Virus record (IMG/VR): IMGVR_UViG_3300024262_004725
Length of the DNA stretch: 64,000 bases
Strand: one strand, 5' to 3'
DNA from: an uncultured virus (IMG/VR IMGVR_UViG_3300024262_004725)
Taxonomy: Duplodnaviria > Heunggongvirae > Uroviricota > Caudoviricetes
In this document: piece after piece, positions 11,037 through 22,356 of the stretch
Numbering within the stretch: the stretch's first letter is position 1
Layout of the letters: the number at the start of each line of letters is the position of its first letter
Translations under genes and position numbers: made by a program
Notes under the pieces: model-generated
The model's database searches: none
Told to the model about the DNA's origin: nothing
The model's input: the letters and a program-made list of their open reading frames with translations, nothing else

Positions 11037-11470
11037 TGGAATTTGGAGTTGGTGAATCTGGTCTTGTTATTACTAAGCAGTTTCAAGATGCTTCTAATAT
11101 AATATGGACTAGAGAAGAACTTATTGATTTACATATAATGTGCTTACGTTTTGGTAAAATGAAAAAGAAATTTTGGCCAGAGTTAAGTTTTCGTGAATTT
11201 TTAGGTGGAAATGATTCTTCTGTTAATTATGAAGCTAATAGAATTATAATTAGAAGAAACATACCAATGGCAATAATACATGAAACAGCACATATGTTAG
11301 CTTTTCATTTTCATAAAGAAAGGTGGCATGCTTTTATTTTTAAATATTATTTACAGAATTTGATTTTATATTTCCAAGATCATGTTCTTGAATTTGATAC
11401 TAAGTCTGGAGATATTGTTAGTATTCCACAAGATGAATTATATGAACTTGTAAGAAAGGCTAAATTATGA
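11036..11470 (+). CDS. HExxH zinc-metalloprotease-like protein
   Basis: IIHETAHML followed by WHAFIF. Confidence 0.55.
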   Translation: MEFGVGESGLVITKQFQDASNIIWTREELIDLHIMCLRFGKMKKKFWPELSFREFLGGNDSSVNYEANRIIIRRNIPMAIIHETAHMLAFHFHKERWHAFIFKYYLQNLILYFQDHVLEFDTKSGDIVSIPQDELYELVRKAKL

Positions 11471-12536
11471 GTTATAAATTGAGAAAAGGTACAGTATTAA
11501 AAGCATTTGTAATAGGTACTTTTTATTCTCTAATTTCTATATTTGGAGATCTTCTTTTCTTTTCAGAAGATGGAGCTTCTATTATAGGTGCTTTAGTATT
11601 TAGAGCTACTGCAACGTTACTTTTGGTATTAGGTGTTCTAATTATTATGCTAGATATTTTAGATATAGAATTAGTTACTCCAGAAGAAGATGAGGAAGAT
11701 GAAGAAGAGGGATATTTAAATTAAAGATATTAATTAGGTTTTAAATATAAAAGGAATTTAATAATGACTATTGTCACAATTGATCTTAGTACATCGAAAG
11801 TTTATTCTAAAGAAAGAAAAGTAAATAAACAACCAAATTTAAAAGTTAAACACTATATTTCTCCAGAAAGATTAAAGCTTTCAAATGTAGCAAGTTCTTT
11901 TAGAGAATTTGAAGCTATGGAATTTACAGATGAAGAATTAGATGCTATGGCAGATATTTCAGCAGTATTTGAAAATGAGAGAAAGAAAACAAAAGGAAAA
12001 CAAATTGTAACAATTTCTGCTGAAAGTCATCCTGAAGAATACAAAATTTATATGCAGGAGAAAAAACGTAAAGAAAATAAGTTACGTGGTGGAGCAAGAC
12101 GAAAACCTCAAGATTCTAAAGTAAGGTATTAATTATGGCATTAAAATTACTTTCTTATGAACAATTAAAACAAGCAGAAACAGAAACTATTGAAGCTATA
12201 AATAATGGCTCTCTAGCATTTGAATTTACAGAAACAATTCCTTTAAGTAATGCAGACTTACGAAAAAGATATGGTAGTTCTGAACGTGGTAAAATTGCAT
12301 CTATTAAATATAAAAAATCAGATAAAGGAAGAGCTAATAAAAGACGTGAACTTGATAAAAGAATGCAAGATAGAGAAGTATTAAGAAAAATCAAGAATAG
12401 TTTAGTTGCTGGTGGATGTGTTTGTTTATCTCCTACTATTCATATTAATGATTCTGAACATGTAGAAAAATATAATATTTTTATTGGTATATTTAATGTT
12501 GATAGACCTAAGATTCCTATGCCATCGAGCTAAGAT

Positions 12537-12581
12537 GGGGGTCAGTAATTTTGTTGACTTTGCCATGTTCCCTGCTATAAT
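12537..12581 (+). promoter_or_regulatory. Sigma70-type promoter with upstream GGGGTCA element
   Basis: GGGGGTCA, TTGACT (12554-12559), 16-nt spacer, extended -10 TG-C-TATAAT (TATAAT at 12576-12581). Confidence 0.8.
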
Positions 12582-12762
12582 AGATTGATGGCCCAACAAC
12601 GATCAAAGTTAGAACAATTACAAAGTAATTTAGATAAATCACGTAAGAATTTTGTGAAAATTTTAGAAACTGGAGAAGTAAAAGATTCTATTGAAATGAA
12701 ATTAATTTTTAATGATTTTCTTAATTTAGTTTTGCGAGTTGATAAAATAAAAGAATAAATAA

Positions 12763-13581
12763 ATGACATATGAAAGTTTTGTATCTGAATTTCAAGTAGA
12801 TTATGATTCAAGATTAGAACTTGATTTAATTGATTTTTGTATTTATGGGCCTAATGGAATTGGAAAAACTCCAGTATGTGCAGGAGTTATTGATTATGAA
12901 GGAACTAATAAACCTGCATTTATTGATTTAGAAAGTGGAGCAGCTTCTGCAAAAAGAATGGGAATACCAGTAATTGATGTTCAAGCATATGCAGCAGCTA
13001 ATGATCTTTATTTAAAAAAACCAGCTAATAAAAATAAAATAGATATTTATAAAGCACTTCTTGCAATAATTGATAGATTAGAAAAGCAAAGAAAAAAATG
13101 TATTGAAGAAGATATTGAATTTCCTTTTAATGTAATTGTGCTTGATGGTTATACTAAATTAGCAGAAGTTACTATGGAATCTGTAATGGATTCTGATCCA
13201 AAAGCAAGAGAAGTTCCTGATATTCAACATTGGAATTATCTCTTACATAGAATTAGAAAAATAACAAATAGATTACGTCTATTTCCTACCCATCTAATTG
13301 CGACGGCAAACGAGTACACAAGGCAGGTGAGCGGTGTAGAGTTTACAGGACTTGATATAAATCCAAGAACTATGAATACTATTCTTAGTAACTTTGGATT
13401 AATCGGTCGTATGAAATTAGTTAATGGTGAACCCGTTTTAACTTTTAAACCTCTTTCTAGTTATATTTCGCGGGACCGTTTAAATTTAATGCCTAAGGAA
13501 ATGAAGAAACCTAGTATTAAAGAAATTTTTACTATGTATTTAGAAGAAAAAAACAAAGTAATTGGAGAAACTAAACAATGA
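12763..13581 (+). CDS. AAA_24/Sak4-like recombination ATPase
   Basis: Walker A YGPNGIGKT, IDLESG, Walker B VIVLDG; lies next to an SSB-like gene. Confidence 0.8.
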   Translation: MTYESFVSEFQVDYDSRLELDLIDFCIYGPNGIGKTPVCAGVIDYEGTNKPAFIDLESGAASAKRMGIPVIDVQAYAAANDLYLKKPANKNKIDIYKALLAIIDRLEKQRKKCIEEDIEFPFNVIVLDGYTKLAEVTMESVMDSDPKAREVPDIQHWNYLLHRIRKITNRLRLFPTHLIATANEYTRQVSGVEFTGLDINPRTMNTILSNFGLIGRMKLVNGEPVLTFKPLSSYISRDRLNLMPKEMKKPSIKEIFTMYLEEKNKVIGETKQ

Positions 13582-14021
13582 GTCCAGTAGTACGAGCAAA
13601 TCTTGGTGAGAAGTCTTCATTTGAGATGCTGCCAACAGGTATTGTAAGAGTTGCAGTTGTTAAGTATGACATCGGTAATTCAAAGAATGGTGATGAGATG
13701 CACACTGTTCGTTTTCAGATTAGTGAGCCAGAATCAGCAAAGGGACGAATTCTTTTTGGTAACTATGTGCAACTTCCGCAGTCAATGTGGAGTTGGGAAC
13801 AACTTCTTAATGCATGTGGTGTAGAAACTCCTGCAAAAGATGATATGGCTGCACGTGAAGCATTTGAGTTTGATACTGATGAAGTTAATGGTTCTGAGTT
13901 GAAGTTGCGAATTGGTCCTGGTAATGATGATCGTTACACGAGTAACAACATTAATGAGCACATGCCTCTTGACGATCCACGCGAAGTAGGTTTTGAAGAG
14001 ACTGAAGAAGCCGCAGCTTAA
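13578..14021 (+). CDS. DUF669-like single-stranded DNA-binding protein
   Basis: FEMLPTG...SKNGDEM...GRILF...LLNACG with an acidic tail; this is the usual position after Sak4. Confidence 0.75.
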   Translation: MSPVVRANLGEKSSFEMLPTGIVRVAVVKYDIGNSKNGDEMHTVRFQISEPESAKGRILFGNYVQLPQSMWSWEQLLNACGVETPAKDDMAAREAFEFDTDEVNGSELKLRIGPGNDDRYTSNNINEHMPLDDPREVGFEETEEAAA

Positions 14022-14090
14022 CTAAAGCTGTTTAATTAATAGTTTGAATTAAGTTTTTTTATTAAAAATTAATTAAAAGTTTAAAATTGA

Positions 14091-14305
14091 ATAATGTTTT
14101 CGTGATGAAGACTATAGACGCGAGAAGCGGTAGTTAAACAATCACGTTGCTGGAGAGAAAGCTTTCTAAAACGAATGTTGGTAATCCCAACCTCTAGTGA
14201 GAATTCTTTAGAAAGACACCTAGCTAGCTCTGTTGATGCCACGCAGTAATGAGACTTCGGTTTCTAGTGTGTCATCATCATCTATTAAGTTTCTCGAAAC
14301 ATTAT
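14091..14305 (+). ncRNA. Candidate structured RNA with pseudoknot
   Basis: Closing stem 14091-14102/14295-14305, internal hairpins including GAGAC-TTCG-GTTTC, and crossing helix 14162-14170/14207-14215. Strand is assumed from context. Confidence 0.6.
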
Positions 14306-14324
14306 CAAAAAGAAGGAAAAGAAA

Positions 14325-14495
14325 ATGCAATTTGAATTTATTGAAGTAGGCCTTGGAGTTGCAATGGTATTGATGGGAGTAGGTGTTTCTGCTCTTTACT
14401 TTACTGTAATTCGTTCAGGAAATGAAGGATATGATAGAAGATATAAAAAAGGTTTTAGTGATGGTGTAGCTAGTACTACAAAAGCTAATACTTAA
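14325..14495 (+). CDS. Small single-TM protein (56 aa)
   Basis: AAGGA RBS; MQFEFIEVGLGVAMVLMGVGVSALYFTVIRSG... Confidence 0.65.
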   Translation: MQFEFIEVGLGVAMVLMGVGVSALYFTVIRSGNEGYDRRYKKGFSDGVASTTKANT

Positions 14496-14645
14496 CTTAT
14501 TTATAAAGAGTGTAGAATAAATGACAACTGGAACATCAATTGACATTAAGTCCAGCGTTTGCATTCTCTACACTCTTTTATTTTGCAAGTAACTTTTTCT
14601 TAAAACTTTTGAGAATGTCTTAGGTTTTTTGAATTACTTGCTTTT

Positions 14646-14785
14646 GTGGGAACCATGATTTAACATGGTAAGGATAAGTGTACTGCATACGGTTGGATAC
14701 TTATTCAGGAAAGCCAAAGTTTCTTAGCAGCTGCTTCAGACGCACTTGTAACGAACCATAAACTTTGTGCCGCCATTCCTTCCAC
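14646..14785 (+). ncRNA. Second candidate structured RNA
   Basis: GTGGGA/TTCCAC closing stem, ACCATG/CATGGT and GGATAAGTGT/ATACTTATTC hairpins, CAAAGTT/AACTTTG long-range pair. Confidence 0.5.
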
Positions 14786-15122
14786 TTTATTTATATTTAA
14801 AGGAAAATTATAATGTATACTAGAAGTTATTGTGCTGCTAGAGGGGGTGCACCTCATGTTGATGTTAGAAATCAATCAGATGTAGAAAGTATTAGTATAT
14901 CAGGTAAAACTGTAACTAATATTGAACAAGGTGTAGGTTCTGAAATTGATGGGCCAGCATTAAGAATTAGATTTACTCTTTATGAAAATAAATTGAAAGA
15001 TGAAACTAATAAAATATCTTTTCCTTTTGGATTATGTCAAAATTGTGGATCTCTTTTTCTGAAAGCTACTGATACAGATAAAGAAAATAATGGTTGGTAA
15101 TTAAAGTTTAAATATATTTCAT

Positions 15123-15210
15123 ACCTCAGTGGCGGAATGGTAGACGCGACGGACTTAAAATCCGTTTCTCTTAATCGAGAGTGTAGGTTCAAGTCCTATC
15201 TGAGGTACCA
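15123..15210 (+). tRNA. tRNA-Leu (anticodon TAA)
   Basis: Acceptor stem ACCTCAG/CTGAGGT, D-arm GCGGAATGGTAGACGC, anticodon arm ACGGA-CTTAAAA-TCCGT, long variable arm, encoded CCA. Confidence 0.95.
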
Positions 15211-15904
15211 ATTTTAAATGAAAAAAATTATGTTTTATAAATGGTTTGGTTTTTGGGCTAGCATATGTATTATAATTATTGTTATAGGTTTTTATACAAC
15301 ACTTCTAATCTATTTAGATGCTATTAAAGATGAATCTATAGGCAGCAGTATACGATTAGGTATAATTTGTTTACTTATGTATGGAATGTTTAGTATGATT
15401 CCTTGGTTAATAATTGGTAGATATCTTGAACAACGAGAGGAAAAAGAAAAATTAACTGAAAAGAAAGAATATAATATTAAATTTATGAAAAATAAATTAG
15501 GTAAATAAAATGTGAAACAATTTTACAAAAGTATTTTAAAAATGATTGGGTTAGTATTTTAGAATTACGTTATTATATTTTTAATTGTATTTAATTAGGA
15601 AATTTATAAAATGATATATATATATTTGTTTTTTGGCTCACTGCATCTTCAGGACTTATAACGATTCCTTTTATGGCTTATAAATATCAACCTCAAAAAG
15701 TTATACTTATGTTTTCTGGTTTAGGTGTTTTATCTTTTATTGCAGCTACCATTTTTACAAGCATTTGGCTATTTAATAATACACCATTAGTTTCAATTAA
15801 TTGTAGTGAGATAGAAATTGCAGTTCAAACTACAGAACGAATTTCACAAAGTTCAAAAGATTTTTATTTATTTAATTGTATTGGAAATTAAAAAGATTTA
15901 AATT

Positions 15905-16267
15905 ATGATTATTAAAGCAACACAAGTAAAAGAAAAATCTATAGAACAAGTTTGGACTACTAGAACAGGAGCAAAAATTCCTGTATCTGAATTATCAGAT
16001 TCACATCTTTTAAATATTTTAAAAATGATACATAGACAATGTGTTTCACCTGCTTTTGGAAAAGTATTATATGAACTTGGTGCAGCATCTTCTTTAACTT
16101 CAGGATCTATGGCAGAATATGAAGCAAGCAAATAAATTAATTCTCAAGCTGAAAATGTAATTATGTATGTAGCTCCTGAGTATGAATATTTAATTATTGA
16201 GGCCCAAATACGAAATTTAGATCTTAAGTGTGTAGGAATTAGAAAGTGTTTGAAATATTATTTATAA
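15905..16267 (+). pseudogene. ORF with in-frame TAA at 16133-16135
   Basis: The frame continues after the stop as INSQAENVIMYVAPEYEYLIIEAQIRNL... to TAA at 16265-16267. Confidence 0.5.
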
Positions 16268-16677
16268 TAGGTTTAATTATTTCTGCTATTGTATTTTTGA
16301 TTACAACATTTAAATATTTTAGTACAGATGAAGGAGATATAGGATTGGCTATGTTATCTGCCTTATCGATTTCAGTTTGCACAGTTTTAGCTTTAGGTTT
16401 AATATTAGGATTAAATTTTTAAATATGAGTATAGAATATAAAAAGTATGATCCCGAAATAAAAAAGTTTGAAGTAGATGATATGGCTTTTGAAGTAACTG
16501 CTTTAGAAGATCATACTAAACGTAAAGATGCAAAAAATGATGTTATGCGAGGTATGGTAGATCCTAATTTTTGGGGTAAACATAATAGTAGAGCATTACT
16601 AGGAGCAAAAAATGATTTGATATAATTTTAATAAAAAATTAATAAGTTAGTTTTATTTTAATGAATGAGAAAAAGAG

Positions 16678-16875
16678 ATGCAACCAGAATATATAGATTT
16701 AATTAAAATTGAAAAAGATGGGCAGACTAGTTATATTGCAAGAGATGTAGCACATAATTTAACTGTAGTTGGTGCTAATCCAAGAGCTGCAATTACTAGA
16801 CTTGTTGAATCTTATAAAGATTCACTTAATACACTTTATGAAAATGATTTGCTTACTACTAAGAAAGGTTCTTAA
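16678..16875 (+). CDS. HicB-like small protein
   Basis: IEKDGQTSYIAR...VVGANPRAAITRL pattern. Confidence 0.4.
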   Translation: MQPEYIDLIKIEKDGQTSYIARDVAHNLTVVGANPRAAITRLVESYKDSLNTLYENDLLTTKKGS

Positions 16876-17901
16876 TTAATGTCTGAGAATATTGATAATG
16901 CTTGGGATATGGTTGAAAGTATTAATGAAAATGTTATTGGTAATCAGGCTTTTAAGTCTTTTACTTATACTGACTTAGTTAATCTAGGAATTTTTCATTT
17001 CCATTTGTCTGATCTTACTCTTGCATTGAAGCATAAGAATCTTGCTTTTTATCCTGAGATTAATGGTAATCTAGAACTTATTAAGACTAAGGGTACAAGA
17101 CTTTTTAGAACTCAAACTTATATTTATAGTGTAGCTCGCGCAGTAGATGGACCTGGACTTGCTTCAGATCAAATTCTTGCAGAACTTATGAAGAAAACTA
17201 AGGAAGTTACTGCAAAGAAAAAAGAAGAGGATGAAAAAGTACAACCTAATCCTGCTGCATAATGAAAAAATTAATATCAATACTAAAATTTATGTTTGAT
17301 CCTCGCGAACTCTTTAAACAAGAAAATTGGGTTCATGGGGAGCAATCAGGCTTAAAGATTAGACGTAAAGTATTTAATTCTAAATCTAAGTCTCAAAAGA
17401 AAAAAGAAAGACATGCTCGTAATAGAGCTAAAGGAAATAGGAGATAATATTTTATGTCATCTGAAAAAGCAAACAAAAATAGAATGCGAAGAGTTAGACG
17501 TACTCGTGCAGCTAAAGAAGATCAAAGAGATTTAACAGAAGTAGAAAATATTACACGTGGTCTTTATGGGGAACGTGATGCTAAAAAAGATTCTGAAGAT
17601 CCAGATGATTTCTATTATAATATGGAAGCTATTTGGTATGATGCAGATGGACCAATAGTTAAATTAGTAGCTGCAGTTGGAGCTTTATATTTAACATTAA
17701 TTTTTGCGTCTACTGCAACAACAGTAAATCTTCATGGTATTTTAGCTTCTATGTTCTTTCTTGCCACTTCTTTTCTCATCTTTTCAGGTTCTTTTGATAT
17801 GTGGAAACGTAGACCAGGAGGCACTGTTGCAGGATTAATCTTCCCTCTTGTTATAATTGCTTTAGCTTTATATAAATCTGTAAATTAAGAGTATAGTATA
17901 A

Positions 17902-18309
17902 ATGCAACCTTTAACATATCAACTTTCTGGTTGTCCTCGTTGTCAAGGGGCGATAAAAGTTACTGATGGAATTCCTACTTGCGCTAATTGTGGATATGAA
18001 AATTATGATAATTTAAATGAAAAAGCAGATGATACTAGAGGTCCTTTTCAAGATTATGTAGATCATGTAACTCATGAATGGGTAAAACAAGGTAGAAAGT
18101 ATAGAGGATCAAAACATATAGAACAAACAGGTTTTATAGGGGATCCAAAAGATGTATTATTAAAATTACTTGCTAGGATGGCATCTGTTACAGTTTATCT
18201 AAAACATGATGAAAGTTATATTGATGGTGATAATACATTAGATAGATTAGAAGATTTGCTTCCTGTAATATACAATCAAGTGGAAAGTAATGTAGAGGTA
18301 GTTGAATAA
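17902..18309 (+). CDS. Zinc-ribbon protein
   Basis: CPRCQG...CANCGY. Confidence 0.6.
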   Translation: MQPLTYQLSGCPRCQGAIKVTDGIPTCANCGYENYDNLNEKADDTRGPFQDYVDHVTHEWVKQGRKYRGSKHIEQTGFIGDPKDVLLKLLARMASVTVYLKHDESYIDGDNTLDRLEDLLPVIYNQVESNVEVVE

Positions 18310-19551
18310 ATGCCAACTGAAAATCCAGAACAATATAAACGTTATAATCCTTTTATAAGGAAAATTATTAGCGAATCTCCTAATTATATGAAATTTAAGA
18401 AACCTTATATTGGAATGTCCAATGTAGTTTCTATGTGTACAAGGGAATTTGCTTTACAATTTAAGCATAATACAACTATTAATTTTCCTTTACAAACTTT
18501 GTTTAATTTTCAGACTGGATTTTCTTCTGAACACATGTTAGAATTCTTCCTTAACGATATGGCTAAGGAAGTATTAATGAATGCAGAGTTTAGAATTCTT
18601 GCAGATCAAGTTCCTATTCGTGTTGATATGGATGTTTATACTTGGCATACAGGAAAAACTGATCAACTTTATTTAGTTGTAGATACTAAAGGAGTTGAAG
18701 GTACAGTATTACTTGAACTTAAGAAAATGGCATCAAGTCGTTATAATAAGTTTAAGAAGCATGGTTATCTTTCTGAAGAAGCTGCAACTTTTCAACTTCT
18801 TTCTTGTATGCGAGATTTTCCTACTGACAAAGGTTTACCAGTTCCAACTAAAGGAGCTATTGTAGGAATTTCGTTAGATCCACCTGATATTTGGGATTAT
18901 TATTTTGATTGGCCAGAAGAAAAACGAAATGAAATTTTGTCTCGTTTTGAAAGTAGACTTGCAGAAGTAGAAAAAGTAAGAGCAAGTACAAAAAAACTTA
19001 AAGACCCTGAAGATTTTGATAAGATTTATGTTCCAGAAGAAATGTATGATAAAAAATCTTTTCAATGTGCTAGTTGTTCTGTAATGGAGTATTGTCGTCC
19101 AGAATTCTTTAAGACTTTAAAGGGTATTGATTTAGAAGAAGATATAGAAACTGAATTAGTTTTAATTGGACAAGCATTAGCAGTAACTAGTCAACTTAAA
19201 AATCAATATGATGCAGTAAGAGATTTTCTTCGTTTACGTTCTGAACAAATATTAAATAAGTTAGAAGCTAAAAAAGTTATTGTTGGAGATAGAGATTTAA
19301 CATATACAATTTCTAGATCTGTTTCTGAAACTGATCATTTAGATATTGAAGATGTAAAAATGAGATATCCAGAAATAGCTGAAGAATTAATTTATACTAC
19401 TGCAGGTAATACTTTTAATTCAAGAGTTAGATTACGTAAAGGAGATGAGGAAGAAGTACTAAATGCTTTACATGAAAATACAATGCCTCAAATTCAACTT
19501 ATTTCAGATAAATTAAAACGACCTGGAACATATTTAGAACTTACGGATTAA
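18310..19551 (+). CDS. Cas4-like PD-(D/E)xK exonuclease
   Basis: N-terminal Cys (MCTRE), GKTD, ELK, QLLSC and C-terminal CxxCxxxxxC (Fe-S ligand pattern). Confidence 0.75.
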   Translation: MPTENPEQYKRYNPFIRKIISESPNYMKFKKPYIGMSNVVSMCTREFALQFKHNTTINFPLQTLFNFQTGFSSEHMLEFFLNDMAKEVLMNAEFRILADQVPIRVDMDVYTWHTGKTDQLYLVVDTKGVEGTVLLELKKMASSRYNKFKKHGYLSEEAATFQLLSCMRDFPTDKGLPVPTKGAIVGISLDPPDIWDYYFDWPEEKRNEILSRFESRLAEVEKVRASTKKLKDPEDFDKIYVPEEMYDKKSFQCASCSVMEYCRPEFFKTLKGIDLEEDIETELVLIGQALAVTSQLKNQYDAVRDFLRLRSEQILNKLEAKKVIVGDRDLTYTISRSVSETDHLDIEDVKMRYPEIAEELIYTTAGNTFNSRVRLRKGDEEEVLNALHENTMPQIQLISDKLKRPGTYLELTD

Positions 19552-19756
19552 AATGACTACTGAAATTCATTATCATACTATACATTGTGAAGGGCATGTT
19601 TTAGATGAAATATGTCCTACTCCTAGATATGGTTTATCTAATGATGCTATTGATTATATTATTGCTGTAGGTTTATGTGGAAAAACTCATAGATTAAATT
19701 ATGAAGATTTTCAAGCAGCGGAAGAAAAATATAAAGAATTAATAAAAGAAAATTAA

Positions 19757-20506
19757 ATGGATTTAATTGTTAACGCTCCGTTAAATATAATTGAAAAATA
19801 TACTGCTGAAAATAAATATCAATATCTTTTTGCTTGTTACTTAGATCGACCAGATTATCATGGATGGTTACGTGCATTAAATCGCATGGAATATCCAGTT
19901 GTTTTAGATTTACGTGGTGTAGATTTTGCAGAGATATATGCAGATCATAGATTACGCAAACTTCTTTGGTTTGGTGAATTTGAAGGTAGTATAAAATTTC
20001 AAAAGTTTTTAAAAGCTGTTGTAATATCTCCAGATCAAATTCAATCTTCTTTAGCTATTCTTTCTGGATTAGAAGCTGATATTGAATTATGGATTGTAGA
20101 GAATGGAGATAAAGAAGTTTCTATTCTTACAAAAAATCTTCCTAATATTAGACCTTTTATTGTACGTATTTTATTAGGAAAAAAATTAGAATCTCTTTAT
20201 AAATATGGCAGAACAGGTTTAGTAGATACTTTAGTTAAAATTACAGATTGGGATCATCCTATTGATTTTTCTGATGTAGAATTTCATTTACTTGGTGTAT
20301 GGGAAGGATATAAAGAAGTATTAGGTTATAAAAATTCTATCTTTAAAAGTTTAATTACTTCTTATCCTATTAAATTAGGTTTACAAGGTAGAAGATTAGC
20401 TGAAGATCGTCCATTCTTACCTCCATTAAATTTTCAATATTCACAAGAAACTTTTAATGAATGGACACATAAAAATGTAAGCGAGCTTAGGGAAGTATTA
20501 AAATAA
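19757..20506 (+). CDS. Degenerate TGT-like TIM-barrel protein (tentative)
   Basis: VVLD...FHLLG...KSLITSYPIKLG resembles the HLLG...SxDTS pattern of phage TGT-like proteins. Confidence 0.35.
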   Translation: MDLIVNAPLNIIEKYTAENKYQYLFACYLDRPDYHGWLRALNRMEYPVVLDLRGVDFAEIYADHRLRKLLWFGEFEGSIKFQKFLKAVVISPDQIQSSLAILSGLEADIELWIVENGDKEVSILTKNLPNIRPFIVRILLGKKLESLYKYGRTGLVDTLVKITDWDHPIDFSDVEFHLLGVWEGYKEVLGYKNSIFKSLITSYPIKLGLQGRRLAEDRPFLPPLNFQYSQETFNEWTHKNVSELREVLK

Positions 20507-20878
20507 AATTTTAAAATAAAATTTTAAAATAAAATATTAAAATAAATTTGTAATTTGAAAGTTGATTATTATGGAAGATTTTTTTTAGTTTTTTACCTTT
20601 TCATTATTATTGGTTGTGGTCGATATTAAGTTCTGTTGGTTTATTTTGTGGAATAGCTCTTTTTATTTGGTCGAATAATAATTTTAGGCAACAAATTTAT
20701 TCTGTAACAATGATTGTAATTGCTTCAATACTTTTATTTTTTAGTATAGTTTTATATCCTATATTTACAAAATCTTTTTACAATGTATATGTTTGCAGCA
20801 ATTTTAGTTATTATTATTGTTTATATACTTTGGATAAGAATGACAAGAACATCATTATTTGCAGAAAGATTTTATTAA

Positions 20879-21403
20879 ATGTCAAACGATTATCAAACAG
20901 TAGCAGAAGAAATGGCATATTCAACTTTTCAATTAATGGAAAGATTTAATGTTCCTAAAATTGATGCTAAAAATTATAATACAATTGAATTAAAAATTCG
21001 TAGAATGCTTGGAACTCTTGAAGAAGAAATTAATGAAGTCAAACAAATACTTCAATTGGGTGAATTAACTTCAGAAGATTTTCAAAGAATTTTTGAGGAA
21101 CTTGCTGATTGTTTAGTTGTTGCTAATAATTTTCCATACCTTTTTAGTGAAGATATGAGATTCCTTCAAGCAATGGATCAAGTAATTCGTAAGAATGATG
21201 CTAAGACTACTGAAACTCATGTGACTGAATTAATAGCAGTGCATAAAAATGGTAGAAATTATCATAAATTAAATTGTCCTTTTGTTATTGCAGCAGCTGA
21301 AAGTAAAGATCCTGATCAATATTATTGGATAGTAATTAAAAATGAATCAATTAAAGAAAGTATGCATGATCATTTATGCATCGTAGAGGAAGAAAAAAAT
21401 TGA
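20879..21403 (+). CDS. MazG-like NTP pyrophosphohydrolase
   Basis: LEEEINEV...EELADCLV...VIRKNDAK. Confidence 0.75.
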   Translation: MSNDYQTVAEEMAYSTFQLMERFNVPKIDAKNYNTIELKIRRMLGTLEEEINEVKQILQLGELTSEDFQRIFEELADCLVVANNFPYLFSEDMRFLQAMDQVIRKNDAKTTETHVTELIAVHKNGRNYHKLNCPFVIAAAESKDPDQYYWIVIKNESIKESMHDHLCIVEEEKN

Positions 21404-21840
21404 AAACTTTGCAAGAAGTAATGGATATTACAGATGGATTAGGAATTCATAATAGTATTCTTTATGATTTTTCTTCTTGTATTATTCATGGACAAAAAGG
21501 TTGTCCAGTAGGTGGAATTACTCATAGAGTACGTTCTTCAGATTTAATCTGTCAACCTATTCTTATTGCAAAAATTTTGAATAAGCATACTGCAACAAAA
21601 AAAGAATTAATAAATGCTATTGATATTACTAGACAAGGACCACATGGATTAGGTAACCCTTTTAAAATTGAAGAAGGTCAAAATAGAGAATGGGTAGTAA
21701 AAAAGTTTGATGATTTAATTAATACTAATCTTAAGTTAAAAGAAAAGATTAAAATATTAGTTAAAGGTAAAAATGTAGTTTGTGTATGTGCTCCTAAATT
21801 ATGTCATGGTAATCCTATGGTAATTCTTGCAAATAGTTGA
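21376..21840 (+). CDS. DUF4326-domain protein
   Basis: ITRQG...GNPF...KGKNVVCVCAPKLCHG. Confidence 0.8.
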   Translation: MHRRGRKKLKTLQEVMDITDGLGIHNSILYDFSSCIIHGQKGCPVGGITHRVRSSDLICQPILIAKILNKHTATKKELINAIDITRQGPHGLGNPFKIEEGQNREWVVKKFDDLINTNLKLKEKIKILVKGKNVVCVCAPKLCHGNPMVILANS

Positions 21841-21852
21841 GTAATCTTATTT

Positions 21853-22356
21853 ATGCCAATTGTAAAAGCTTCTTTCCCTGCAACGTTTAATGTATATACT
21901 GATGGATCTTCTTTAGGTAATCCAGGGCCTTCAGGTGGAGCTGCGATATTAGTAGTAAAAGAAAAATTTGTTGCTGTAAGATGTAAACATATAGAAGAAG
22001 CTACAAATTCAGTAGCAGAATTAACTGCAGCATATTTAGGTTTACAACTTATAAATGAATTTCCTTTAAAAGCAAAATTTAATCTTATAACTGATAGTCA
22101 GTATGTTATTGGAGTTCTTTATAAAAAACAAGTTGCAAGAGCTAATATACTATTAGTTGAAGAAATTAGAGATTTTATATCTATGTTAAAAGATAAAAAA
22201 ATTCTAATTCATTTTGATTGGGTTAAAGGACATAAAATAGGTACTCAACATCCTATTCATAGATTTAATCAAGTAGTAGATAAACTTGCAAGACAAGCTG
22301 CTGAAAGCAACGATAATCCTCAAATAATTGATATGGGAAATGGAATAGATATATAA
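21853..22356 (+). CDS. rnhA: Ribonuclease HI
   Basis: YTDGSSLGNPG, TNSVAEL, TDSQYV, WVKGH, NQVVDKLA. Confidence 0.93.
   Translation: MPIVKASFPATFNVYTDGSSLGNPGPSGGAAILVVKEKFVAVRCKHIEEATNSVAELTAAYLGLQLINEFPLKAKFNLITDSQYVIGVLYKKQVARANILLVEEIRDFISMLKDKKILIHFDWVKGHKIGTQHPIHRFNQVVDKLARQAAESNDNPQIIDMGNGIDI

Noticed and set aside
14700..14735. SRP RNA (CAGG...AGCAG)
   Set aside because: The segment between the motifs lacks the short GNRA-capped helix of SRP domain IV. Kept only as an unassigned RNA candidate.
18310..19551. CRISPR-Cas system
   Set aside because: A solo Cas4-like nuclease with no cas1/cas2 or array; this is typical of phage recombination modules.
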